NCBI GenBank assembly: GCA_964351525.1 | Contig: CAYGOD010000001.1 | Location: 78,534-142,533, forward strand | DNA from: an uncultured Bdellovibrionales bacterium | GTDB lineage: Bacteria; Pseudomonadota; Alphaproteobacteria; Micavibrionales; GCA-2720935 | Direction: 5' to 3' | Length of the DNA: 64,000 nt | Shown here: piece by piece, positions 26,868 through 35,793 of the stretch | Layout: each line of letters opens with the position of its first letter | How positions within the stretch are numbered: position 1 is the first letter of the stretch | Made by a program: the position numbers and the translations under genes | Notes under the pieces: model-generated | The model's input: the letters and a program-made list of their open reading frames with translations, nothing else | Database searches by the model: none | What the model was told of the DNA's origin: nothing

Positions 26868-27263
26868 ATGAAACTACTACCCAAGCTTTTTCTTGCTCCT
26901 GTATTTGCATTCGCTCTTTCAGGATGTGCGGATAATGATAGTTTAAAGCATCCTGAAAAACCCCTCAGTGAACTGGAGCTTAACTATACAACAAATCATG
27001 TCGAGATAGGTGATCTAGAGGCATCCTTGAAAGAAGTTGAGAATTTATCCGCTAAATTTTGTATGATAAGTGGTTATCGCCAAGGATTTTCTTTTCAGGT
27101 TGATACCGTGGGTCAATGCAACAACATTGCTGAAGGGTTAGCGCCAAATGGAAGTATTCGAGCGCATAGCTTTAATGAAGAAGGTGAAATTCTAGTAACC
27201 TACATTAAAGACACACGATCTCGTATGGATCATAGAATCTCAATCAGAAAGTATAACAACTAA
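26868..27263 (+). CDS. Small lipoprotein, unknown function
   Basis: Signal peptide with lipobox ALSGC. Confidence 0.6.
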   Translation: MKLLPKLFLAPVFAFALSGCADNDSLKHPEKPLSELELNYTTNHVEIGDLEASLKEVENLSAKFCMISGYRQGFSFQVDTVGQCNNIAEGLAPNGSIRAHSFNEEGEILVTYIKDTRSRMDHRISIRKYNN

Positions 27264-27288
27264 ACTATAAATCTTTAATGGGTATGAT

Positions 27289-27465
27289 ATGCAAGAAATA
27301 ACAGAAGAGTATTTTAAAGAAAATCTAATGGAGATATTCAATAAGGTTTTTCTTGAGGATAAAAAGTATCTTATAAAAGTAAAAGACGGCGATGACTTGA
27401 TCGTAATGTCTCCTAGAGCTTATAAAGCACTGACAGAATTTAAATCGTCAAATCCCAAGCCTTAA
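27289..27465 (+). CDS. Phd/YefM-like antitoxin-fold small protein (58 aa, not in the ORF track)
   Basis: ATG at 27289 and TAA at 27463-27465. The pattern FKENLMEIFNKV…KYLIKVKDGDDLIVMSPRAYKALTE resembles the Phd/YefM N-terminal domain. No toxin ORF follows. Confidence 0.35.
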   Translation: MQEITEEYFKENLMEIFNKVFLEDKKYLIKVKDGDDLIVMSPRAYKALTEFKSSNPKP

Positions 27466-27484
27466 TTCAATAAAATAGCAGTAG

Positions 27485-27853
27485 TTATTGTTTTCTCGTT
27501 TCACACCAACTTTTACGATACCCTTCATAGGGCCTTGCATCATCTAATTTGATCAGTTCTTCGCCTATGTTGAGGTCTTGATGATTATAGACAGTTGCTA
27601 ATGTACGGTCGTATTTGTCTGTACCAATGTCTTTGAGGGTCACAGGCTTATTATCAATCAACGCAATGAGCGCTTTTTTAGATTGCTTTGCTTTTGTGAT
27701 TTCGGATGCACATTTGCCTTCGATTTCTGGTGTATCGATATTGCGAATGCGGACACGATTGCGTTCGATAGTGCCATCTTCATGTTTAATATCTGCAGTG
27801 AATGTATCGCCATCATAAACGCTTACTACGTTAGCGCTATATTTTGGCATCAT
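27485..27853 (-). CDS. Thermonuclease (staphylococcal nuclease-like) family protein
   Basis: Contains VVSVYDGDTFTADI, VRIRNIDTPE and DKYDRTLATV, the SNase catalytic-core pattern. Confidence 0.8.
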   Translation of the reverse strand: MMPKYSANVVSVYDGDTFTADIKHEDGTIERNRVRIRNIDTPEIEGKCASEITKAKQSKKALIALIDNKPVTLKDIGTDKYDRTLATVYNHQDLNIGEELIKLDDARPYEGYRKSWCETRKQ

Positions 27854-28021
27854 ATAATCATTATACCAGTCATGTCAGATTAAAAAGAATTAGGCAATTT
27901 CAGGCAAGATCCACGGCCTCTATCTCATTGAAAAATAAAGAAAGGCCTTTTTCTAAATAGGGCTTTTTGTTAAAAATAACTTTAATCTGATAACGCCCAT
28001 GAGTGGTATATATTATTGATG

Positions 28022-29896
28022 TTACGGGTTAAACTTTAAGTGCCACGTCGTGATATCCTGCATGCGTGTATCATGTTTGAAACCGATAGATTTCATGAGG
28101 GTGCTAAATTGTGGATCTGTATTGGCTAACTTTAAGTCCATCCAAATGTCTTTAAAAAAACGATCATTTAAGGCGATAATATCCTTAGTAAAAGATTGCT
28201 CTTGATCCGGTGGAATTTTACAACGATTTATTACTGATACATAAGGTAGAATATAGGGGGCGCGGCATGAAGAACCGTTAAAGTCTTTTGTCACAAGACC
28301 GCTATCTCTACTGCCGAATAAAAAGTCACGCGCATCAATGATGTCCCAGAAATAAAAATCTTTATTTGGATGATTCATCTTAAAGACTTGTTCTGCTAAT
28401 GAAACGCTTTGACTAATATGCACGCCCTTTGGTAATCCTTGCTGAATCATACGTTTGGTTGATCCTGTTGCAATATCGTCATCAATAAATATATAGTCAC
28501 CTTTTGGTAATCGTTTAATATCTTGAGTGCTCTTTGCCCTAGACTGTAAGAGATCTGACCTAAGCTGTGGAGCGCTAAGTTCAAAAAAACGAGACACATT
28601 GATTAATTGATCTGTGCCACTGGTCAATAAGTCATTATTGAGAACACGATTGGGGTTTTCGTGCATTATTTGATCAACGATCTTTTGTTGATCTTTAGCA
28701 GACAATAATAGCGCCTTAATATGATCTGGATAACCAGGGGTGTTGGAGCGCTCAAAAGCATTTTCTAGGGCACGAACAAGGCCTTTTTTAAAGGTCTCAA
28801 GAGCCATGTCTAATGCTTTATCATTTATCTGACCTCGCCATGGACGTGTTGCCCAATATAAATCGTTTCTTATAAGATAATTATCTGTTTCTGGTGTAAA
28901 GCCAGCTTGTCTGTAACGCGGAATACCATTGAGGAGTTCTTGGTAATGCGGGTCTTGTTCAAAAATTTTATTCGCCTTCATTCGTCCGTTCCTGACATCT
29001 GACGATGAGGCTTCCACGCCCTTTGTTTGAGAAAACAAAATACGTTCATTATTATTAAGTCCCATATCGCTAATAATTTGATTAAAGTCAGCGCTATATC
29101 CTGGACGTTTTACACAGACACTTAAGCCTTTAGAAACAAAGCTTTGAGTAAAGGCAATATTATCGGCACCACACACATAAGCAACTTCAATGGGGACATC
29201 ACTATTAATATGCGCATGTAAATAGTCCTTCATGCGTTCACATGTATCTGTGAAGTTAATATCGGTTGGTGTATAGCGCGCAGCCCATGGATCAACGTTC
29301 AACCATGGTGTGTCTTGTAAAACTTTGTCGAGAAGCATAATGCGGTGTGCCGCGGTAAGACGTCTAGCATCATCACCCTTTGTCGATACATAATCATCAT
29401 GTGCAGGTGAAAAAAACCCGCCCAAAACATGATAGCCGTTTTCTTCTAATGTTTTTTTTGCGGTCTCCATCATCGCGACATGACCATCATGAACAGGGGC
29501 GAAACACCCGCTCGTCATCAATACGACCAATTGTTTTTGCGGGGATATGTGATTGTCTTTTAGGGCCTTGATTTGATTTTGAATATGCCCTAACGGTGTT
29601 GACAATATATTGACATCTTTCAAGGATTCCAGCGTTCCTGGGGTGAGCCCATCGTCAAAAAACCCAGCATTTTCTATTGTCTCAAGGGATTTATAGTGCT
29701 TGAAGGCATTCCAATAATATGGATCCTGCGCTATTTTCCATGCGATCCTCAGATCACCCTTGGTGTAATCAGAATCTTTTTTTAGCGCCGCGTTATAAAG
29801 AGCGATTAAATTATTCTTGTTTGGTTCGCCAGTGAACCCCAACGCATCATGGATGTCGTCTGTGGTCTGTATTTTTGAAATAGGGGCGAGGCGCAT
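28022..29896 (-). CDS. Multidomain protein: NMN/NaMN adenylyltransferase-like domain + C-terminal type I phosphoribosyltransferase-like domain
   Basis: Central TSGCFAPVHDGHVAMM (the (T/H)xGH nucleotidyltransferase motif) and ASSSDVR (the ISSTxxR-type motif). The C-terminal YIFIDDDIATGSTKRM is a PRPP-binding-loop-like motif. Confidence 0.55.
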   Translation of the reverse strand: MRLAPISKIQTTDDIHDALGFTGEPNKNNLIALYNAALKKDSDYTKGDLRIAWKIAQDPYYWNAFKHYKSLETIENAGFFDDGLTPGTLESLKDVNILSTPLGHIQNQIKALKDNHISPQKQLVVLMTSGCFAPVHDGHVAMMETAKKTLEENGYHVLGGFFSPAHDDYVSTKGDDARRLTAAHRIMLLDKVLQDTPWLNVDPWAARYTPTDINFTDTCERMKDYLHAHINSDVPIEVAYVCGADNIAFTQSFVSKGLSVCVKRPGYSADFNQIISDMGLNNNERILFSQTKGVEASSSDVRNGRMKANKIFEQDPHYQELLNGIPRYRQAGFTPETDNYLIRNDLYWATRPWRGQINDKALDMALETFKKGLVRALENAFERSNTPGYPDHIKALLLSAKDQQKIVDQIMHENPNRVLNNDLLTSGTDQLINVSRFFELSAPQLRSDLLQSRAKSTQDIKRLPKGDYIFIDDDIATGSTKRMIQQGLPKGVHISQSVSLAEQVFKMNHPNKDFYFWDIIDARDFLFGSRDSGLVTKDFNGSSCRAPYILPYVSVINRCKIPPDQEQSFTKDIIALNDRFFKDIWMDLKLANTDPQFSTLMKSIGFKHDTRMQDITTWHLKFNP

Positions 29897-29906
29897 GATG
29901 GATCTC

Positions 29907-31727
29907 TTACGGGGTTATTACTCTTTGATATACAATATCAGAGCGTATAATTAATTTTGGACGAGCATTCCCTTTCAAAGGTTCGCTCTCATGCAAAACG
30001 CGGTGGTCAAATATTAACGCGCTTCCAGACGTTGGCGGCACGGTCGCAATTATTTGATTTTTTGTGGCATTGCCTTCCCAGTCCTCAAAGTTCCTTTGGG
30101 ATGGCGGCGTTGACGCTTGGGGGTCATGGATAAATCGCGTTGAGCCACCGTCGTTAATCGCCATATCATTGAAATATAAAATTAATGATTTTAGCGTACG
30201 ACGACCATCGCCATAATCAAAAGGGGCGTCATAATGTGCAACTAAATTCCCCTTGTCATCGGGGCGATACATAATAAAACTTAATTTAGAATTTACGCCA
30301 ACGGCCTTCCAAACTTGTGCATCTAATGCATCAACGGACGTGCCTGTTTCTATATATTCAAAGGCAGGTATTATTGGCTGTAAACGAGACCATATTTTTT
30401 CAGAGAAAGTCTTAGAAAATGTTGTTGCACGCCAAGAGCCAATTTTATCGCCTGACATGACGTTAAAATTCTTTTTCATACCGTCTTCACCAACGGGAAT
30501 CCATGGCGCTATTTCTGAGGCTATTTTTTGAACTTGATCAACTTCATCCTTGGATAAGAGGTCATTGACGAGGATCGCCTGTTGTTGTCTATATGCGCAT
30601 TTTTCGGATAAATCAATAATATCGACAGAAGACTTTTCCGTAGGGTTGATTATTTTGTTAGTCTTTTGCAGGATAAAATCTTGATCGGATGTTTCAAAGA
30701 AACCAGGCATTTTATTTTTTATATCTTGGCTAGGCACATTGTCACTTGGAATTACAACCGTGTTATGCCAGCCCCCTGGAACACCACTTCTTAAGATGTC
30801 CAAATGATAAGCGGGAGAGCCCGGCTGGTTACCCAAATATTTATGCCCATTATAACTATGTAGTTTTTCTAGATTGCTTTGCATGGCATCAAATTGGTGC
30901 ATTGCGCCCTTGGATAATTGTCCCAATATATCTTTTTTTTCTATTTCTGATAGCTCAAGAAAATTCAAATATAGCTCTACAAAATCATAAGGCGCACCGA
31001 ATACTTCTGTGTCGGTTCTATCGTCATACATGTCACCGCGCGGAATGGCATTAATAGTACTGCTGGGTAGATCCAAAAAATGGGCTAATTCATAAACTTC
31101 TGATTTATGCAGATCTGAAATGACCTGTAGATCGACAAGTCCATCAGAATATTTTCCGACATAACCGAGATACGCCCCTTCGTCGCGGTTTGTCGTGCCA
31201 ATCAAGATACCAGAGCGATCTTGCATCTGCATTAAAGTCGCACAATAAGCCAGCGCCATCGTGCGCACATGTGCAACGGATTGTCCTTTCGCCCATTCAT
31301 CACCCGTAACCCCTAGTTGTGCTTCGACTGTCTTTGTTAAAACATCATGCGGGGCGGTAATGTCAATGGCTAAACGTTTAGAACCGATAAAATCCATGAC
31401 ATCATAAGCGCGGTTCATTGCGTCTTCTTGTCGGGTTGCGCCTGCGACAAAAGCGGGGATGGTGGGCGTCAAAATATGTTCTATTGGTGAGCCTTCTTGT
31501 TTTTTCGCATAGTCGATTAAGCCAGCAACCACAGATGAATCAATACCACCACTAAGGGCGACGATTGCCGTCTTAAGGGGGGTGTCTTTGAAATATGCAT
31601 TAATTAATGCGGCTTTTGCGTCTGCATAGCGCTTGGCATCAAAGCCTCTTTTTTGACGAAAACCACTTAAAAGATTTTTTAAATCCGTAGTGAGCTCTGC
31701 ATTATGATCTGTATTATAAACTTTCAT
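29907..31727 (-). CDS. NAD synthetase (NadE-type PP-loop ATPase) fused to 2OG-Fe(II) oxygenase (prolyl-4-hydroxylase-like) domain
   Basis: N-terminal VALSGGIDSSVVAG (SGGxDS PP-loop) plus NadE-like blocks (GTTNRDE, GKYSDG). The C-terminus has AHYDAPFD (HxD), GGSTRF and FDHRVLHESEPL (distal His). Confidence 0.65.
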   Translation of the reverse strand: MKVYNTDHNAELTTDLKNLLSGFRQKRGFDAKRYADAKAALINAYFKDTPLKTAIVALSGGIDSSVVAGLIDYAKKQEGSPIEHILTPTIPAFVAGATRQEDAMNRAYDVMDFIGSKRLAIDITAPHDVLTKTVEAQLGVTGDEWAKGQSVAHVRTMALAYCATLMQMQDRSGILIGTTNRDEGAYLGYVGKYSDGLVDLQVISDLHKSEVYELAHFLDLPSSTINAIPRGDMYDDRTDTEVFGAPYDFVELYLNFLELSEIEKKDILGQLSKGAMHQFDAMQSNLEKLHSYNGHKYLGNQPGSPAYHLDILRSGVPGGWHNTVVIPSDNVPSQDIKNKMPGFFETSDQDFILQKTNKIINPTEKSSVDIIDLSEKCAYRQQQAILVNDLLSKDEVDQVQKIASEIAPWIPVGEDGMKKNFNVMSGDKIGSWRATTFSKTFSEKIWSRLQPIIPAFEYIETGTSVDALDAQVWKAVGVNSKLSFIMYRPDDKGNLVAHYDAPFDYGDGRRTLKSLILYFNDMAINDGGSTRFIHDPQASTPPSQRNFEDWEGNATKNQIIATVPPTSGSALIFDHRVLHESEPLKGNARPKLIIRSDIVYQRVITP

Positions 31728-31731
31728 TATT

Positions 31732-32457
31732 TTATACCATTTTTCTTTTTAGGGAGGCTGTTTTTAGTGTCTTTTCAACGCCAGCTAATAAACAATCAAC
31801 GATTGGAATATCGACATTCACTTTTGTTGATAACCATGTCAGTTCGGTGCAACCGCTTAAAATCGCCTGTGCGCCTTGTTGTTCGAATTCTTGTGCCAGC
31901 GTTATAAAATCGTGGCGGATCTTTTCTGAATTATCACCGCCCATGACGCGGTAAATAATATGATTGATTTTTTGTTGTTGATCGTCATTGGTCACAATAG
32001 CGGTTAAACCACAAGCTACGGCTTCATTGAAATGAATATTGGCTTTTTTAGAACTGTCTGATCCTAAAACGGCAACCGTATTTAGGCCGAGTTCTTTTAC
32101 TGTCAGCATACCTTCACGGGGGAGGTGAATGATTTCTGCATTGGTTCGCGCTTTTATCTCTGGATAGAATTCATAAAGAGAGTTACAGGCAATTAAAACA
32201 ACATCACACTGCCAATGATTGAGGAGATCAATTTGTTCAAATAATTTAGTTTTGACTAAGGCGGCTTGTTCGACACCTTTGGCGCCAAAACCATCTAATC
32301 CGATAGATAGGTGAAGCATGTCTGGATAGTCTTGATCTTTGACCGCGCCATAGCCATGCTGTGCTTGACGTATAAGTTGTGTATGCGCATAGGCAGACGC
32401 CCAAGGCCCCGATCCTCCTATCATACCAATCTTCTTATTGAACTTCTTTGTTTTCAT
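31732..32457 (-). CDS. Aspartate/glutamate/hydantoin racemase family protein
   Basis: Contains IGMIGGSGPWAS and two Cys-containing half-site motifs (LIACNSL, LSGCTEL). Confidence 0.75.
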   Translation of the reverse strand: MKTKKFNKKIGMIGGSGPWASAYAHTQLIRQAQHGYGAVKDQDYPDMLHLSIGLDGFGAKGVEQAALVKTKLFEQIDLLNHWQCDVVLIACNSLYEFYPEIKARTNAEIIHLPREGMLTVKELGLNTVAVLGSDSSKKANIHFNEAVACGLTAIVTNDDQQQKINHIIYRVMGGDNSEKIRHDFITLAQEFEQQGAQAILSGCTELTWLSTKVNVDIPIVDCLLAGVEKTLKTASLKRKMV

Positions 32458-32697
32458 AGAACGACAATATCATAATACAATTTATATGTAAATGTAAAAT
32501 AAGCTCAATGTGAGTATTTACTTTTGGCTTTGTTTATTAAGAGAATAGTTAGGCCTAGGGGTTAGCCTTACATCACCTTAGCGCTTGTCTGAAAAAATAT
32601 TGAAACACTTATTTATCAACTAACCGGAAATGGTTTGTTTGACATATTGATAAAAATTATCTAATATAGTTTCATAACTAATAATAAAACAGCAGGT

Positions 32698-34131
32698 ATG
32701 ATAATGAACAAACAGAATTTTCAAGACACATTTTTTGGTAACAGTGACCTAACACCGTCAGAAACAATTAGATTGGTTCAAGATGGCCTTAATGGTACTG
32801 ACTTTGGTGAGTTCTTCCAAGAAATACGCGGTGATGAAACGATCGTGAAAAGCAAGGGTAAGTACACAACTTTTGATATGAGTGCGACATCTGGTTTTGG
32901 CTTTAGGGCAGGAGCAGGAGAGCGCGTCGGTTATTGTTACTCTGATATCTTTAATAAAGTAGCATTGAAAGACGCTATAAAACAATCTCGTCAAGCATTA
33001 AACGGTTATCATGGTTCTCAAGATATGTCTTTTGCGTGTAGTCCTGTGAAATTCTATCCGAACGTAAACCCCCTTCAGTCACTGGCGATGAGTGAGCGCG
33101 TTAAAAAGATTGATGAAATTGAGGCCTATGCTCTCAGTTTAAGTAGTAATATTACAAATGTTACAATTACATGCCGCGTCAGGGGGAAGGCGGTTCAAAT
33201 TATAACAGCCGATGGTCAGCAATTACTTGATAACAGGCCCCTGTCTTCTTTAAATATAGCGATTACTTATAAAGAAAACGACACGATAACTAGTGCTAGC
33301 AAATCGATTGGCGGTCGTGTTGATGTTCATGAACTATTTGATGAAGATGGTTATAAATCAGCGGCTATAAATGCCCTTAAAGAGGCTCGAATTCTGCAAA
33401 ATGCCGCAGACGCCCCTGCTGGTGAAATGGATATCGTATTATCGCCTGGCTGGTCAGGTGTTCTGTTACATGAAGCCGTTGGACATGGATTAGAAGGAGA
33501 CTTTAATCGTAAGGGAATTTCTGTTTATAGTGGAAAAATTGGTCAACAAGTTGCGGCAAAAGGGGTTACCGTTATTGACCAGGGGAATATGATTGGCGAA
33601 CGTGGCTCTCTACATTTTGATGATGAGGGCACACCGACACAGCAAAATGTTTTAATAGAAGATGGTGTCTTAAAGGGATATATGCAAGATCGTCAAAATG
33701 CTAATTTAATGAATAGCGCCTTGACGGGTAATGGTCGTCGTGAAACATATAAGCATGCGCCGATGCCGCGCATGACAACAACATATTTTCAAAATGGTAC
33801 ATATGAACCAGATGAAATAATTAAATCAGTTAAAGATGGCCTATATATTGCCTCTATGGGCGGTGGGCAAGTTGATATTACCTCTGGTAAATTCAATATG
33901 GCAGCAACATTGGCCTATAGAATCAAAAATGGGGTCATACGTGAACCAATAAAAGGTGCAATGCTCATTGGTGATGGATTAAAGGTTATTGAATCAATCA
34001 GTATGGTTGGTAATGATTTAGAGCTTTCGCGTGCCAGTGGCATGTGTGGAAAAAATGGTCAATCAATCCCTGCGGGCATAGGTCAGCCTACTATACGCGT
34101 AGCAAAAATGACCATTGGTGGCACTGGTTAG
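32698..34131 (+). CDS. tldD: Metalloprotease TldD
   Basis: Contains LLHEAVGHGLEGD (HExxxH-type TldD motif) and GGQVD…GKF blocks. Length is 477 aa. Confidence 0.9.
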   Translation: MIMNKQNFQDTFFGNSDLTPSETIRLVQDGLNGTDFGEFFQEIRGDETIVKSKGKYTTFDMSATSGFGFRAGAGERVGYCYSDIFNKVALKDAIKQSRQALNGYHGSQDMSFACSPVKFYPNVNPLQSLAMSERVKKIDEIEAYALSLSSNITNVTITCRVRGKAVQIITADGQQLLDNRPLSSLNIAITYKENDTITSASKSIGGRVDVHELFDEDGYKSAAINALKEARILQNAADAPAGEMDIVLSPGWSGVLLHEAVGHGLEGDFNRKGISVYSGKIGQQVAAKGVTVIDQGNMIGERGSLHFDDEGTPTQQNVLIEDGVLKGYMQDRQNANLMNSALTGNGRRETYKHAPMPRMTTTYFQNGTYEPDEIIKSVKDGLYIASMGGGQVDITSGKFNMAATLAYRIKNGVIREPIKGAMLIGDGLKVIESISMVGNDLELSRASGMCGKNGQSIPAGIGQPTIRVAKMTIGGTG

Positions 34132-34156
34132 TATTAAAAAATATAGAAGATAATTT

Positions 34157-34191
34157 AAAAAAAGCCCTCGATAATGGAGGGCTTTTTTTTT
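34157..34191. terminator. Bidirectional terminator between convergent tldD and pmbA
   Basis: AAAAAAA-GCCCTC-gataatg-GAGGGC-TTTTTTTTT. Confidence 0.8.
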
Positions 34192-34204
34192 GCGAGGAAG
34201 TTTT

Positions 34205-35572
34205 TTAAGCGCCTGCAATTTTGAGGGCATTAATGCGTGCCGTCGGCGCGACAAAGCTTCCTCTATTATAGGGGAGGGAAGGCGTGTCATTAGCTAGTCT
34301 TACATCCATGTACATTTCATCAAGATTACCAGCAACAACAAAACCACTAACGGCCTGATCTGTAATTTTACCATCTTTGATTAATAAACCGTGTGCAGGC
34401 CTAGAGAACTGTTTAGTCGTTGCCGAAACGCTTCCGCCTTGGAACCCAAGAACATAAATCCCTTCTTCAATATCTTGAATAAGGTCTTCAACGGTTACCT
34501 TACCTGGCAAAACTTGAACATTAGTTTTACCACCACTGCGTCCTATTGGTTCAAGCCCCAGTTGTCGTGCACTAACCATACCGAGTAAGTAGGTCTGTAA
34601 AATACCGTTTTTGATAAACGTAATAGCCTTACTTTCTTGACCTGCATTATCTGTAAATTGAGATGACAAACCTCTTTGAGTGCGAGGATCATCTATAATT
34701 GTTACATCTTTGTTCATGATCTGTTGGCCAATTTTATCTTTTAGAAATGTTGTGTCGGTGTGAACGGCCGCTCCACTAATCGCAGAAAAAACGGAGCTGA
34801 AAAAATTTGCGGATGCATCGGGGCTAAAAACAACATGCATATTCGCCGTTTCTGGCTTAATCGCATTTAATTTTAATACAGCACTTTTACCTGCTTTTTT
34901 CCCAACTTGTGCAGGAGGGGTCATGTCTGAAAAATGACGCGCGGTGCTCCAATCATAAGATATCTGCATTTCATTTGTTAGATCGTCTTCTGCAACGGCA
35001 GAGGTGACGCCCTGAACAAAAGAAGTCTTACCAAATTTATCGAGGCCGTTTGTTGCGAGCCTATATCCAAAGCTTTTTCCCTTAGATGCACTAATATCCC
35101 TTGCTGTTTTGACTTTTGGAACGGACATGGCAGCATTCTCCATGTCTTTTGCATACCGAATTAATGTCTGTTGACTGGGTTGATTCTCTTCGTATAAATC
35201 TAAATCGACTTTAGGTCCCTTATATAGTTTATCAGTTTCTAACAGTGCTAGATCTTCATTTTCTGGCGCAAAAGGCAATATTTTTAGTTGTTCATCAATG
35301 ACATCTTTTAAGGTGTCTAAATCAAAGTCATTTAATGAAAAACTCAAAACACGTTTTTCTGCATATAGCGCAATAGAGACGGCTTGCCATGTGCCGCCGT
35401 TAACTGATACAACATCGCCGCCTTCAATCGTATTCTTTTGTTCTTCGCCCATAGACACTGAAACGCTAACATCAGTAAGATTTACGCCCCCCCCCTGCTT
35501 GAGGGCATAATCAATAATATCTTTCGCGAGTTGACGCGCACTAGATTCGAATTTTTTTGCTGAAATAGTCAT
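34205..35572 (-). CDS. pmbA: PmbA/TldE metalloprotease partner
   Basis: A 455-aa protein of the TldD/PmbA family that lacks the HExxxH motif. It is convergent with tldD. Confidence 0.85.
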   Translation of the reverse strand: MTISAKKFESSARQLAKDIIDYALKQGGGVNLTDVSVSVSMGEEQKNTIEGGDVVSVNGGTWQAVSIALYAEKRVLSFSLNDFDLDTLKDVIDEQLKILPFAPENEDLALLETDKLYKGPKVDLDLYEENQPSQQTLIRYAKDMENAAMSVPKVKTARDISASKGKSFGYRLATNGLDKFGKTSFVQGVTSAVAEDDLTNEMQISYDWSTARHFSDMTPPAQVGKKAGKSAVLKLNAIKPETANMHVVFSPDASANFFSSVFSAISGAAVHTDTTFLKDKIGQQIMNKDVTIIDDPRTQRGLSSQFTDNAGQESKAITFIKNGILQTYLLGMVSARQLGLEPIGRSGGKTNVQVLPGKVTVEDLIQDIEEGIYVLGFQGGSVSATTKQFSRPAHGLLIKDGKITDQAVSGFVVAGNLDEMYMDVRLANDTPSLPYNRGSFVAPTARINALKIAGA

Positions 35573-35709
35573 ATGGTTTATTGCCTCTGTTTAATTTTTT
35601 ATTGTTCTAATTTTTAACATAATATTTTGCACCGGTCAAGAAGAAGTCTTCTCAATAAAAAAATAAAGAAATATATACGTGACGAGGTCAAATTCCTGTA
35701 GCTTAAAAT

Positions 35710-35746
35710 TTGACGTAGTGCGATTTTTTTGACGTAGTGCGATTTT
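35710..35746. repeat. Tandem direct repeat 2 x TTGACGTAGTGCGATTTT (19-bp period) upstream of pmbA
   Basis: Read directly: 35710-35727 and 35729-35746. Confidence 0.85.
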
Positions 35747-35793
35747 GGAGAATAGTTCGCGTTAGTCTGACATCAGCATTTACTGGAAGCTTA

